A stretch of DNA of 64,000 bases from an uncultured delta proteobacterium (GTDB taxonomy: Bacteria; Myxococcota_A; Polyangia; Polyangiales; Houyiibacteriaceae), in the NCBI GenBank assembly GCA_963699755.1, contig CAVOVB010000004.1, positions 32,001 to 96,000 on the forward strand. Reading direction: 5' to 3'. Positions 48,470 to 58,494 of this stretch are shown piece after piece. A program made the translations under genes and the position numbers. Position 1 is the first letter of the stretch. Each line of letters begins with the position of its first letter. The notes beneath the pieces are model-generated. The model was not told the origin of the DNA. It worked only from the letters and a program-made list of their open reading frames with translations, and did no database searches.

Positions 48470-48587
48470 GGCCTGCAGCATCGCAGCCTGATCGCCGAGA
48501 AGCAACTGCAAAAGTGCGTTATCAGGCTGCGCAGCTCAAGCGTATTGAGGCGCTAAGTCCTTCATATGACGAACGAAAGGAGCCATC

Positions 48588-48776
48588 ATGCAGAGCCTTC
48601 ACCGAATGGAGCGGAGCCCATACCTCGAGGTCCTAGCAAAGCAACTGGAGGTTTGGGAGCAGTTGATCGTCGCGCTGAAAGAGACCTGGGATCGTGCGTT
48701 CAGCCCTGATTGTCAGCTGGACCCCCAGATTTCGCCCCAGGAAATCTGGGCAGATCTGACCCACGGACGCGACTGA
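48588..48776 (+). CDS. Small hypothetical protein divergent from LysR
   Basis: 62 aa, AAAGGAG RBS 5 nt before the ATG, amphipathic helical pattern. Confidence 0.6.
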   Translation: MQSLHRMERSPYLEVLAKQLEVWEQLIVALKETWDRAFSPDCQLDPQISPQEIWADLTHGRD

Positions 48777-48874
48777 GAGCCAAGACACCCCTGGAGCCGA
48801 CGCGCTTCAGTTCTGAAAACAGCATAGGCAGAAAACTCTGTTACAGTAAGAATCAGGGACCTCGGAGGGAGCCG

Positions 48875-51800
48875 ATGAATCGACCTATGCCTACTTGGGT
48901 GGCGGCCGCGATGGCCGTCTTGATGACAGTTGCGGGCTGTGGTGGAGGCACCGTAGCCAACGGCCGCGTGGCTCCAAAGATCAGCTCGACACCCTCGACG
49001 ACCGCGACGGTAGGGGTTCCATACAACTACACGGTGACCGCCGACGGGATGACGCCAATCGGATTCGTCCTGGAGTCGGGTCCGTCTGGTTTTTCAGTCC
49101 ACCCAAGCACGGGCGTCGTCACCTGGACGCCGCAAAGCGAAGGCACGGTTTCGGTCACGATCAAGGCCACGAATCTCGCAGGGTCCGACATGCAATCTTT
49201 TGACGTCGAAGTTGTAGGTCTGAGCGGTCCGGAGTTCGTCACCGAGCCGCCGACCGAAGCGACGGTCGGGGCGCAATACGCATATGATCCCCAAGTCGTT
49301 GCCAATGGCGACGTTTCGTGGAGCGCCACGGTCGCACCGTCGGGTTTGACCATCGATCCTGATTCCGGCGCAGTGCGTTGGACGCCCACCTTCGATCAAG
49401 CGGGCGGACAGGACGTCACGATCCGTGCAACCGAGGACGACAGCGGCTTGCATAGTGAACAAGCGTTCGTGGTCACCGTCGAGGATACGGGCGGCCCGGC
49501 AGTGATCACCTCGACGCCGCCGGAACGCGTCTACGCTGGTGAAGTCCTTCAGTACGACGCAACAGCTGCCGGCGCGCCGGTGATTCAATGGACGGTGGAA
49601 GAACCATCGACGGGTACGCCGGCAGTTGGTGTGACCATCGTGACCAGCCCCCCGGAAGGGGATGCGGTGACGATCGAATGGGATACAGACAGCGTTGCGC
49701 CCGGACTCTACAGCATTGCGATTCAGGTCGACAATGGGCTCGGCGAGCCAAACGTCCAGGAGTTCATGGTGACGGTGGATCACCGCCCGCCGGTGCCCAA
49801 GATCGATCTCGTCACGGCGCCGCGGCCCCCCTCAACGATCTTTGTTGGCGAACTCTACGACTACGACGTGAACCTGACACCGGAAACCGAGAGCGACGGG
49901 GTGGTATGGAGCCCCACCGGCACCACCATTCCCGCAGATTTGGCAATCACGATCGACTCGGTCACCGGTCGGGTCACTTTCACGGCCTCCGAGTCCAACG
50001 GCGAGCTCGAGTACAGTTACACGATTCGAGCGGAGAACGTGCTCGGCGACGGTGATGAAGCGACGATCACGGTCGACGCCTTCTACCCCCCCGCGACGCC
50101 GATGCTCAGGGTCACACCGGCCACGACGTTCAATCTCGAGGTCGGCGAAAGCTTCCCCGGCGCCTCGGCGACGGCAACGGGGAATCCGACTCCGACGCTC
50201 AGCATCTCGGGCACGCTTCCCGATTTCCTGAACTTCGATCCACTTACCGGGCTGCTTTCGGCATCGTCGAGCAAGCCGGCACCGGAGAACTCGGACATTG
50301 GAGCACACTCGTTCGACATCGTCGCAACCAACAGCGAGGGGACCGACAACGCGACGATCGAGGTCAGAGTCGTTGCGGCTCCGCCGCGCGTCGATTCGAT
50401 CACGCCAGCCGCGGGCCGCCGTCAATCCGATGTTCCGGTCATCGTTCGCGGCGCTGGGTTCGTGAGCGCGGCTGCGCCCGCGATCCGTCTCGAGCTCGGC
50501 ACCTACACCGAGAGTCTCAGCACGACTTTCGTCGACGAGTCGACCCTGACGGCAACGGTGCCCATCGATCTTGCCCGGCCTTCGGGGGTTTACGACGTCC
50601 TGGTCGATCAGGGCTCCTCTACGACCCTTGCGAAGCGGTTCACCGTGACAGAAGGGGACGGAACCACACTGAGTGGGAGCGTCGGTGTGGACATCACGCT
50701 TCGTGCGAGCGACAGCCCGCACGTCATCACCGGAAACCTTCTGATCGAGAACGGCGCGACCTTGACGGTCGAGCCGGGCGCGGTCGTCATGTTGGCTGGC
50801 GGAACCAATCGCCGGATCGACATCGGAACCGGCACTGCCGGCGCCCTGGTGGCCGATGGCGGTCTAGCTGGTGTGGATGACCAGATCGTATTCACTCGCT
50901 TTCAGGACATCGCTGGCCCGGTGCCGGGTGGTCATTATCGCGGCCTGCGATTCGGGGCAAACATCATGTCGGCCACGACCGTCCTCCGCAATGTCGTCGT
51001 CGAGTTTGGTGGACGGGTGAACACCGAGACGAATCGCGGCGCGATCGAAGTTCTCAGTGGCTCTGCGCCGATGGTCGCCGACTCGATCATTCGAGAGAGC
51101 TTGAACTACGGCCTCTACGCACAGGCCGGCGCAGGCTCGGAGACCGTCAATTGGTTCGACGGGAACCAGCTCACGGCAAACGGAAGGGCCCCGGTCAACA
51201 TCGGTTCGGACGAGGTCTCGACCCTCGGCGCCAACCTCGACCTCTTGGGCAATGGAGAGGACCGCGTCTTCGTGCGCGGCTCGGTGGTGAGCCGAGCGAA
51301 TGCGTCCTGGGCAAACTACGGCGTCCCATACTACCTGAGCGCCGACATCAACGTCCGCGCTGGGAGCACGATGAACATCGCACCCGGAACCCAGATGCGG
51401 TTCGCACCGGCGCGCCGTCTGATCGTTTCGACGAACGGAGAAGATGGGACCCTGGTTGCCGCAGGCACGGCAGAGGCACCGATTCGAATGCTGGCCGACA
51501 GCGGCACTTGGAATGGCATTTACTTCGATGATCGAATCCAAGCGGCGACGGTCCTGCGAAACGTTCGAGTCGAAGGCTACGGCTCCGGCGTGAACGGAGG
51601 CCTCCGTGTCGACAACCCTATCGATCCCGGTGGCCGTGTCGCCGTCGTCGAGGATTGCGTCTTCCAAAGCGACGAGCCTGGCGCGACCGGGGTGTACCTG
51701 TCCGACAACGCCCGCCTGAGCTCCTTCGAGAACAACGTGCTGGCAGTCGACGGCGTCTCGGTGAGCGCCACCATGGCGGGCTTCGATGATGCGCTTGGCT

Positions 51801-53017
51801 CATCGAACATCTACGAAGCGCCTCTGCGTGTCCGGGGCGGTTCTGTTACGGGTGAAGACATGGTCTGGCACAAGCCGATGGCGAGTGACGGCTCGACGCA
51901 GCCGATTCGCCCGACCAGCAGTCTCGCCGTCACCGACGGGTCCTTGAACATCCAAGCGGGCAACCGAATCGAGATGCCGGTCGACGGCGGAATCACGATG
52001 ACCGAGAGCCAACTCGTGGTAGACGGGACCGCAACGGAGCCGGTCGTCTTCGAGCCCGTCCCAGGGGCGGGCTACTGGAACCGAATCCGTCTTCGAGGGA
52101 GTGGCGCAGGGACAACGAGCATCGCCAACGCCGTGCTGCGGTCGGCAGGATCGAGCCCGAGCTCAGCTGTAAGTACCAGCCGCGCGGCTATCACCATGGA
52201 GGCCTTCAACGGCGTTCCTGCGACCCCCGCCATTTCCAACACGACCATCGTCGACAGCAACGGGTACGGCTTGACCTTCGCGGACACGACGCACTGCGCT
52301 GGCGCATGCGATGGCAACACCGTCGTAGGCTCGCGCTTCTCAGCGGTTCGGATGTACGGCAACTTCGTCGGACGCTTTGGTACGGGCAACGTCCTAGCCG
52401 GAAACAACACGACGAGCTCATTCGGGCACGACGGTTTCTGGGTCGTCGGCGACATCGTTGACACGACGGCGACATGGCCGGCCAACGATGTGCCGTACCT
52501 AATGCATGGCGACTTCGCGCTCAGGCAGTCGAGCCCGTTGGATCCTGTGCCCGTCTGGACCATCGAACCTGGGAGCGAGCTTCGTTTCTCGAGCGCCCGG
52601 CGGCTGCAGGTGGGCGAGGGCAACGAGGGAATTCTCGACGCTCAGGGCACCAGCATGGAACCGATCACCTTCACGAGCATGGACAGCGTGACGCCGATCT
52701 TCTGGCGTGGACTCGACTTCAACCAGGGGTCGGACGGATCGATTCTCGATCATGTCATCCTCTCTTACGGTGGCAGCAGCGCAAATACGGGCAACGTGAA
52801 CTTCAGGATCGGTTCCGTGGTCACCATTGGTGCGGTCGCGTTCACGCTATCGCAGAACTATGCGGCCGTAGTCTACTCAGGCTCTGCACCGATGTTCACC
52901 GGCCCGTCCACCGACCGGGTCTACATGCTCAATGGTCAGGCATCTATCCCGGGGGCAGGAGACCCTGCGTTCGACTGCGTGCGTGACGCGACGACCGGAA
53001 CCTGCACCCCGCTCTAG
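48875..53017 (+). CDS. Large surface lipoprotein: putative Ig (He_PIG/cadherin-like) repeats, IPT/TIG domain, beta-helix repeats
   Basis: RBS GGAGG, lipobox VAGC, repeated P.ITS.P...A.VG..Y.Y and G.V.WTP, SITP..G, repeated G.L.A.GT...PI.F...W.G. Confidence 0.85.
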   Translation: MNRPMPTWVAAAMAVLMTVAGCGGGTVANGRVAPKISSTPSTTATVGVPYNYTVTADGMTPIGFVLESGPSGFSVHPSTGVVTWTPQSEGTVSVTIKATNLAGSDMQSFDVEVVGLSGPEFVTEPPTEATVGAQYAYDPQVVANGDVSWSATVAPSGLTIDPDSGAVRWTPTFDQAGGQDVTIRATEDDSGLHSEQAFVVTVEDTGGPAVITSTPPERVYAGEVLQYDATAAGAPVIQWTVEEPSTGTPAVGVTIVTSPPEGDAVTIEWDTDSVAPGLYSIAIQVDNGLGEPNVQEFMVTVDHRPPVPKIDLVTAPRPPSTIFVGELYDYDVNLTPETESDGVVWSPTGTTIPADLAITIDSVTGRVTFTASESNGELEYSYTIRAENVLGDGDEATITVDAFYPPATPMLRVTPATTFNLEVGESFPGASATATGNPTPTLSISGTLPDFLNFDPLTGLLSASSSKPAPENSDIGAHSFDIVATNSEGTDNATIEVRVVAAPPRVDSITPAAGRRQSDVPVIVRGAGFVSAAAPAIRLELGTYTESLSTTFVDESTLTATVPIDLARPSGVYDVLVDQGSSTTLAKRFTVTEGDGTTLSGSVGVDITLRASDSPHVITGNLLIENGATLTVEPGAVVMLAGGTNRRIDIGTGTAGALVADGGLAGVDDQIVFTRFQDIAGPVPGGHYRGLRFGANIMSATTVLRNVVVEFGGRVNTETNRGAIEVLSGSAPMVADSIIRESLNYGLYAQAGAGSETVNWFDGNQLTANGRAPVNIGSDEVSTLGANLDLLGNGEDRVFVRGSVVSRANASWANYGVPYYLSADINVRAGSTMNIAPGTQMRFAPARRLIVSTNGEDGTLVAAGTAEAPIRMLADSGTWNGIYFDDRIQAATVLRNVRVEGYGSGVNGGLRVDNPIDPGGRVAVVEDCVFQSDEPGATGVYLSDNARLSSFENNVLAVDGVSVSATMAGFDDALGSSNIYEAPLRVRGGSVTGEDMVWHKPMASDGSTQPIRPTSSLAVTDGSLNIQAGNRIEMPVDGGITMTESQLVVDGTATEPVVFEPVPGAGYWNRIRLRGSGAGTTSIANAVLRSAGSSPSSAVSTSRAAITMEAFNGVPATPAISNTTIVDSNGYGLTFADTTHCAGACDGNTVVGSRFSAVRMYGNFVGRFGTGNVLAGNNTTSSFGHDGFWVVGDIVDTTATWPANDVPYLMHGDFALRQSSPLDPVPVWTIEPGSELRFSSARRLQVGEGNEGILDAQGTSMEPITFTSMDSVTPIFWRGLDFNQGSDGSILDHVILSYGGSSANTGNVNFRIGSVVTIGAVAFTLSQNYAAVVYSGSAPMFTGPSTDRVYMLNGQASIPGAGDPAFDCVRDATTGTCTPL

Positions 53018-53076
53018 TGCCCCCACGCCGGCCGGAGCTTGCGCGGCGAGATCTGCTCACCTAGGCTCCGCCCTTC

Positions 53077-54264
53077 GTGTCGGACGAGAAGAACATCTCC
53101 CAAAAAACGCTAGCGGTTCACGGCGGTGAGCCAAGGACCTACCCGTATGACGCCCTAGTTGCCCCGATTACGCAGACCGCCACGTATTCGTTTGCGGATA
53201 CCGCGGAGCTCATCGCGTATTTCGAAGGGCGAAAAGAGCGCGAGGAGTACGGTCGCTACGGGAACCCGTCAGTGCGGCTGGTCGAAGAGAAGGTCGCCTC
53301 GCTCGAACGGACCGAGGACGCCGTAGCCTTTGCGAGTGGCATGGCCGCCATGACCTCGACAATTCTGGCTCTGGTAAGGTCCGGCTCGCACGTGATTTTG
53401 TTCGCCGACTGCTATCGCCGGACTCGTCAGTTCGTGACGACGTTCCTCGACCGCTTTGGTGTTTCGAGCACGCTAGTCCCTCCTGCCGACCTGGAAGCCT
53501 TGAGGGGAGCCATACGACCCGAGACGCGATTGGTCATCGCAGAGGCACCGACGAACCCCTACCAGACAGTTCCCGACCTGGAGCAGCTCGTCGAGATCTG
53601 CGGCGAGAAGAAGGTCAAGACGCTGGTCGACAGCACCTTTGCGACGCCGGTGAATTGCACGCCGGCCAACTACGGGATCGACATCGTAGTGCATAGTGCG
53701 ACGAAGTACCTGGCGGGCCATAACGATGTGCTCGGGGGTGTCGTAGCCGGAAAGTCCGGGATCGTGTCGCTCGTTAGGGACCTTCGAAGCGTGTTTGGTG
53801 CCTGTCTCGATCCCCACGCGGCGTATTTGATTCACCGCGGCGTCAAGACCTTGGCGCTCCGAGTCGAACAGCAGAATGCCTCCGCGCAGGTGCTTGCCGA
53901 GCGCCTGGAGCGGCACCCGAGGGTGCGGCAGGTCTGGTATCCGGGGCTGCCCTCACACCCCAACCACGACACCGCCAAGCGACTGATGACGGGCTTCGGA
54001 GGCGTGGTGACCTTTGAAGTCGACGCGGATCTCGACGGCACCAGTCGCGTCATCGATGCTTGCCGAATCCCGCGGATCGCCCCGAGTCTAGGTGGGGTGG
54101 AATCGCTCATCGAACAGCCCGCCTTGATGAGTTACTTCGAGCTGAGCACCGAAGAGCGCGAGGCGATCGGCATCCGCAACAACCTGGTCCGCTACGCGGT
54201 GGGCATCGAAGACACCGAAGAGCTCGTCGCTGATCTGGTCTCTGCGCTGGACGGCACGGCTTGA
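53077..54264 (+). CDS. Cys/Met metabolism PLP enzyme (cystathionine gamma-synthase family)
   Basis: YGRYGNP, FASGMAA, E.PTNP, DSTFATP, HSATKYL.GH.D, SLGGVESL. Confidence 0.93.
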   Translation: MSDEKNISQKTLAVHGGEPRTYPYDALVAPITQTATYSFADTAELIAYFEGRKEREEYGRYGNPSVRLVEEKVASLERTEDAVAFASGMAAMTSTILALVRSGSHVILFADCYRRTRQFVTTFLDRFGVSSTLVPPADLEALRGAIRPETRLVIAEAPTNPYQTVPDLEQLVEICGEKKVKTLVDSTFATPVNCTPANYGIDIVVHSATKYLAGHNDVLGGVVAGKSGIVSLVRDLRSVFGACLDPHAAYLIHRGVKTLALRVEQQNASAQVLAERLERHPRVRQVWYPGLPSHPNHDTAKRLMTGFGGVVTFEVDADLDGTSRVIDACRIPRIAPSLGGVESLIEQPALMSYFELSTEEREAIGIRNNLVRYAVGIEDTEELVADLVSALDGTA

Positions 54265-54381
54265 TGCATCGTCCTTGACACTGCGATTCGCCTCACAAAA
54301 CAACGCTGCAACTCTTGATTGGCACTGGGAGCAGCTCAGAAGCTGCCTCAGGAAGAAGGGCGCAAGTGCGCGAAATTGCTG

Positions 54382-54409
54382 TTGACGCGCCTAGTGCGCT
54401 AGATATACT
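54382..54409 (+). promoter_or_regulatory. Sigma70-type promoter of the HU/IHF-tyrS pair
   Basis: TTGACG-16 nt-TATACT. Confidence 0.65.
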
Positions 54410-54433
54410 GGGCGGCCAATGGGGAAAGAATCG

Positions 54434-54739
54434 ATGACGAAGTCGGAGCTCATCGACGCTGTAGCCCAGCGGACGAAGATCACCAAGAGCCGAGCTGAAC
54501 AAGTTGTAAACTGCGTCTTCAACTCGATGACGTCAGCGCTCGAGCAGGGGGAGGGGATCGAAATCCGCGGCTTCGGTAGCTTCACGGTTCGCGAGTACAA
54601 GTCATACAGCGGACGCAACCCGCGTACGGGGCGGTCGGTACCGGTTCCGGAAAAACGTCTCCCGTTTTTCAAGGTCGGGAAAGAGCTCAAAGAGCTCGTC
54701 AACAGTGGCGTTGCCGACCGCGCCGACGTCGGCGAATAG
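54434..54739 (+). CDS. HU/IHF-family DNA-binding protein (IHF-beta-like)
   Basis: MTKSELI, IEIRGFGSF, GRNPRTG, P.FK.GKELKE. Confidence 0.95.
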   Translation: MTKSELIDAVAQRTKITKSRAEQVVNCVFNSMTSALEQGEGIEIRGFGSFTVREYKSYSGRNPRTGRSVPVPEKRLPFFKVGKELKELVNSGVADRADVGE

Positions 54740-54748
54740 AGACTGAGG

Positions 54749-55972
54749 ATGAAGCCCGAAGCGCAGCTCGCCGAGCTCAAGCGCGGTGTGGTCGATTTGC
54801 ACGTCGAGGCTGAGCTCCTCGAGCGTCTGAGCGCCGGAAGGCCTCTCAAGATCAAAGCCGGGTTCGACCCGACGCGACCGGACCTGCATCTGGGCCACAC
54901 GGTGCTCCTCAACAAGATGCGCCAGTTCCAAGAGTTGGGGCACGAGATCGTCTTCATCGTCGGAGATTTCACAGCTCAAATTGGCGACCCTTCCGGCCGA
55001 AGCAGCACGCGTCCAGTCCCTACGCGCGACGAAATCCTGGAGGGCGCCCACAGCTACGCCGACCAGGCGTTCAAAATCCTCGACCGACGCCGAACGCAGA
55101 TTGTCTACAACAGCGAATGGCTCGGCAAGATGGCCTTCGATGATGTGATTCGGCTGGCAGGCAAGTACACCCTGGCGCGCATGATGGAGCGGGACGATTT
55201 CCGGCGTCGCTGGACGGAGCACCAGAGCATTTCGCTGCACGAGCTTCTTTATCCGCTGGCGCAGGCCTACGATTCGGTGGTGCTCGCATGTGACGTCGAG
55301 CTTGGCGGAACCGACCAGCTCTTCAACCTGCTCGTCGGTCGGGAGATCATGCGAGAATCGGGGCAGCCGCCGCAGATCGTCATGACCACGCCGATTCTCG
55401 AAGGGATCAACGCGCGCTCCGAAGGCGGCAAGATCGTCGGCGCGAAGATGAGCAAATCGCTCGACAACTACGTCGGTGTGGCCGAGCCGCCGCGGGAGCA
55501 GTTCGGCAAGCTCATGAGCATCTCCGATGACCTGATGTGGCGCTACTACGAGCTGCTTTCTTCGCAGGCGACGCTTGAAATCGAGAGACGAAAGCGCGCC
55601 TGCATCGCCGGCGACATGAACCCGCGCGACGCGAAGATTGCGCTGAGCAAAGAGATCGTGACCCGCTACCACGACGCCGCCCAGGCCAACGCCGCTGAGG
55701 CCTCTTGGCTGGCTCAGTTCTCCAAGCGACAGGTTCCGGACGACATCCCCGAGTATGAGCTAGCGCTCGACGAAGACGCCGTCTGGGTTCCCAAGCTGCT
55801 CAGCGACATCGGCTTGGTGAAGAGCTCGAGCGACGGCCGACGCCGGATCCAACAAGGCGGAGTCGAAATCGATGGGAACCGCCTCAGCGACCCCCAGGCC
55901 AAGCTCCCCAAGGGCCGCCGCTACATCATCAAAGCCGGCAAGCGCAGCTGGGCCGCCGTCACCCTCACATAG
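54749..55972 (+). CDS. tyrS: Tyrosine-tRNA ligase
   Basis: GFDPT..DLHLGH, YPL.QAYDS, ELGGTDQ.FN, KMSKS, C-terminal S4 domain. Confidence 0.97.
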   Translation: MKPEAQLAELKRGVVDLHVEAELLERLSAGRPLKIKAGFDPTRPDLHLGHTVLLNKMRQFQELGHEIVFIVGDFTAQIGDPSGRSSTRPVPTRDEILEGAHSYADQAFKILDRRRTQIVYNSEWLGKMAFDDVIRLAGKYTLARMMERDDFRRRWTEHQSISLHELLYPLAQAYDSVVLACDVELGGTDQLFNLLVGREIMRESGQPPQIVMTTPILEGINARSEGGKIVGAKMSKSLDNYVGVAEPPREQFGKLMSISDDLMWRYYELLSSQATLEIERRKRACIAGDMNPRDAKIALSKEIVTRYHDAAQANAAEASWLAQFSKRQVPDDIPEYELALDEDAVWVPKLLSDIGLVKSSSDGRRRIQQGGVEIDGNRLSDPQAKLPKGRRYIIKAGKRSWAAVTLT

Positions 55973-55998
55973 GGGACTCCCTCCCTGCGCCGAACCTC

Positions 55999-56028
55999 TT
56001 GAAATCAGGTTTTTTTCGGAATTATGCT
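55999..56028 (+). promoter_or_regulatory. Sigma70-type promoter candidate
   Basis: TTGAAA-18 nt-TATGCT in an AT-enriched intergenic region. Confidence 0.45.
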
Positions 56029-56199
56029 ATGCGTCCGGAGAGCCGCTTCTGCGTGCGCAGATGCTCTGGTGCATGCTCGCAGGCTCATTTCGCTCTATCT
56101 GGCGGGCGAGCTCTAGATGGGCTTCAACTTTGACGAATTAATTTTCTCGCTTTTCAAAAGGCCGGCGGCAGCGCAGTGATGCGCGCGTGGGAGAGCGAC

Positions 56200-57849
56200 A
56201 TGCGGATTGGAACATCGTACAAACAGCATCCAGGGCTCGCGGAACACTGGGACGCGGTCGTCATTGGATCGGGTATCGGCGGCCTCGCGACGGCGGCGAC
56301 CCTCTCCAAGCTGGCCGAAAAACGCGTGCTCGTTCTGGAACAGCACTATACGGCGGGCGGATTCACACACACGTTCCGCAGGCCGGGATACGAATGGGAC
56401 GTCGGCGTTCACTACATCGGGGACGTGTCGCATCCGCGCGCGAGCTCCCGTCGAATGTTCGATTTCATCACCGATGGGAAGCTCGACTGGGCCGACATGG
56501 GCGAGGTCTACGACCGGATCATTCTAGGCGACAATTCCTACGATCTCGTCAAAGGTTTCGAGAATTTCCGCGCTCAGATGCACGAGTACTTCCCGCAAGA
56601 CAAAGACGCGATCAACCGGTACCTCGGAAAGGTGATCGCGACCGTGAAGAAGGCGCAGATGTTCTTCGCGGAAAAGGCGTTGCCTCCTTTCGTTTCCAAG
56701 TTGTTTGGGGGAATGATGCGGCGCGGCGTCACCAAAGAAGGCTTGCGCACGACGCGCGAAGTGCTCGAAGAGATCACCCAAAACCAAGAGCTCATCGGCG
56801 TTTTGACAGGTCAGTTCGGCGACTACGGGCTGGTTCCGTCCGAGAGCAGCTTCTTCATTCATTCGATGGTCGTGGCGCACTACTTCCGTGGCGCGGCTTA
56901 CCCCATTGGAGGCTCGTCCCGAATCGCGGAAACGATTCTCCCGGTGATCGAACGCGCGGGCGGCGAGGTCGTGACGAATGCCGAGGTCACGGAGATCATC
57001 GTCGAGAACGAACGGGCCGTCGGGGTGAAGCTCAGCGATGGACATGCGCTCCGTGCGCCCATCGTCATCAGCGACGCCGGCGTCATCAACACTTTCGAGC
57101 GGCTCGTCCCCTCGGACCTGGCGGAGTCGATCGGCTATGCCGCCAAGGCCAGAGAGCTCGGGACATCGGTCGCTCACCTCTCGCTCTACGTCGGATTGAA
57201 GGGCAGCACCGAAGAGCTCGCGCTTGAGAAAACCAACCTGTGGGTCTATCCGGACCACCGCCATGACGAGAACTTCAAGCGGTTCTTGGCCGATGTGGAG
57301 GCACCATTTCCGCTCGTTTATCTCTCGTTCCCCTCCGCCAAGGATCCGGATTTCGACCGTCGGCATCCAGGGCACTCGACGATTGAAGCCATTACGATGG
57401 GCTCCTACCAATCGTTTGCGCGCTGGGAGAACACTTCCTGGAAGAAGCGTGGCGCGGAGTACGACGCGCTCAAAGAGCGCCTTTCGGAGCGACTGCTGGA
57501 CGTCATCTACAAGTACGCGCCGGCAACCCGCGGCAGGGTCGAGATCGCTGAGCTTTCGACGCCGCTTTCGACGCGGAATTTCGCTGCCCATCCAAAGGGA
57601 GCGATTTATGGCCTCTCCCATGATGCTCGCCGTTACGAGCAGCGATGGCTTCGGCCGCGAACGCCGATCAAGGGTCTCTACCTCACCGGTGCGGACGTCG
57701 TATCCGCAGGCGTGGTCGGCGCGATGATGGGCGGACTGATCTGCAGCTCCGCGGTGCTCAAGGCCAACGTGCTCGGTCAAGTATTGAAACATCAGGCGCA
57801 AGCGCTGCGCGACAATGCGCCCGCTCCAAGCAACGCGGCGCCGGCCTAA
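56200..57849 (+). CDS. Phytoene desaturase/retinol saturase-like FAD oxidoreductase
   Basis: IGSGIGG, EQHY.AGG..H.F, DVGVHYIG, YP.GG, SAKDP, STPL, GAIYG, GLYLTG.D. Confidence 0.9.
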   Translation: MRIGTSYKQHPGLAEHWDAVVIGSGIGGLATAATLSKLAEKRVLVLEQHYTAGGFTHTFRRPGYEWDVGVHYIGDVSHPRASSRRMFDFITDGKLDWADMGEVYDRIILGDNSYDLVKGFENFRAQMHEYFPQDKDAINRYLGKVIATVKKAQMFFAEKALPPFVSKLFGGMMRRGVTKEGLRTTREVLEEITQNQELIGVLTGQFGDYGLVPSESSFFIHSMVVAHYFRGAAYPIGGSSRIAETILPVIERAGGEVVTNAEVTEIIVENERAVGVKLSDGHALRAPIVISDAGVINTFERLVPSDLAESIGYAAKARELGTSVAHLSLYVGLKGSTEELALEKTNLWVYPDHRHDENFKRFLADVEAPFPLVYLSFPSAKDPDFDRRHPGHSTIEAITMGSYQSFARWENTSWKKRGAEYDALKERLSERLLDVIYKYAPATRGRVEIAELSTPLSTRNFAAHPKGAIYGLSHDARRYEQRWLRPRTPIKGLYLTGADVVSAGVVGAMMGGLICSSAVLKANVLGQVLKHQAQALRDNAPAPSNAAPA

Positions 57850-57899
57850 ATGCGCATTCGTCTCGCGGCGTGCCTCTGATTCGGTATGCTACACGCGCT

Positions 57900-58484
57900 A
57901 TGACTCCACTCGATCTCGAGCATCCAATTTGGGAGCAGGTCTACATGGTCGCTCCGCTCACCATCGTTGGGACCCGGGAGCCCGACGGGACATACGACCT
58001 GGCTCCGAAGCACTTGGCCATCCCATTGAGTTGGGAAGATCACTACGGCTTCGTGTGCACACCGTCTCACGCAACGTACGCAAACGTGCAGCGGGAGGGT
58101 TGCTTCACGGTGAGCTTTCCGAGACCCGATCAGATCGTGCTCACCAGCCTGGCCGCGGCACCGCGCTGCGACGACGATCAGAAGCATGCGCTTCGAGCGA
58201 TTCCGACGATTCCCGCAACCAAGGTCGAGGGCGTCCTTCTCGATCACGCCTCCATGCACCTCGAGTGCGAGCTGGATCGCATCATCGATGGCTTCGGCGC
58301 GAACAGCTTGATCATCGGGCGAATCGTGGCGGCGTCGGCGGCCGAAGGCAGCATTCGAGACGATGACCGCGATCCACAGGAGATGATCGCCCACTCTCCG
58401 ATCTTGGCCTACGTGCACCCCGGGCGTTTCGCCGAGATCGTGCAAACCAATGCCTTCCCGTACCACGTCGGCTTCAAGCGCTGA
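57900..58484 (+). CDS. Flavin reductase-like (DIM6/NTAB) protein
   Basis: IVGT....G..DLAP, TY.NV...G.FTVS, LEC.L, IIG.IV. Confidence 0.85.
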   Translation: MTPLDLEHPIWEQVYMVAPLTIVGTREPDGTYDLAPKHLAIPLSWEDHYGFVCTPSHATYANVQREGCFTVSFPRPDQIVLTSLAAAPRCDDDQKHALRAIPTIPATKVEGVLLDHASMHLECELDRIIDGFGANSLIIGRIVAASAAEGSIRDDDRDPQEMIAHSPILAYVHPGRFAEIVQTNAFPYHVGFKR

Positions 58485-58494
58485 GGCGTTGACG

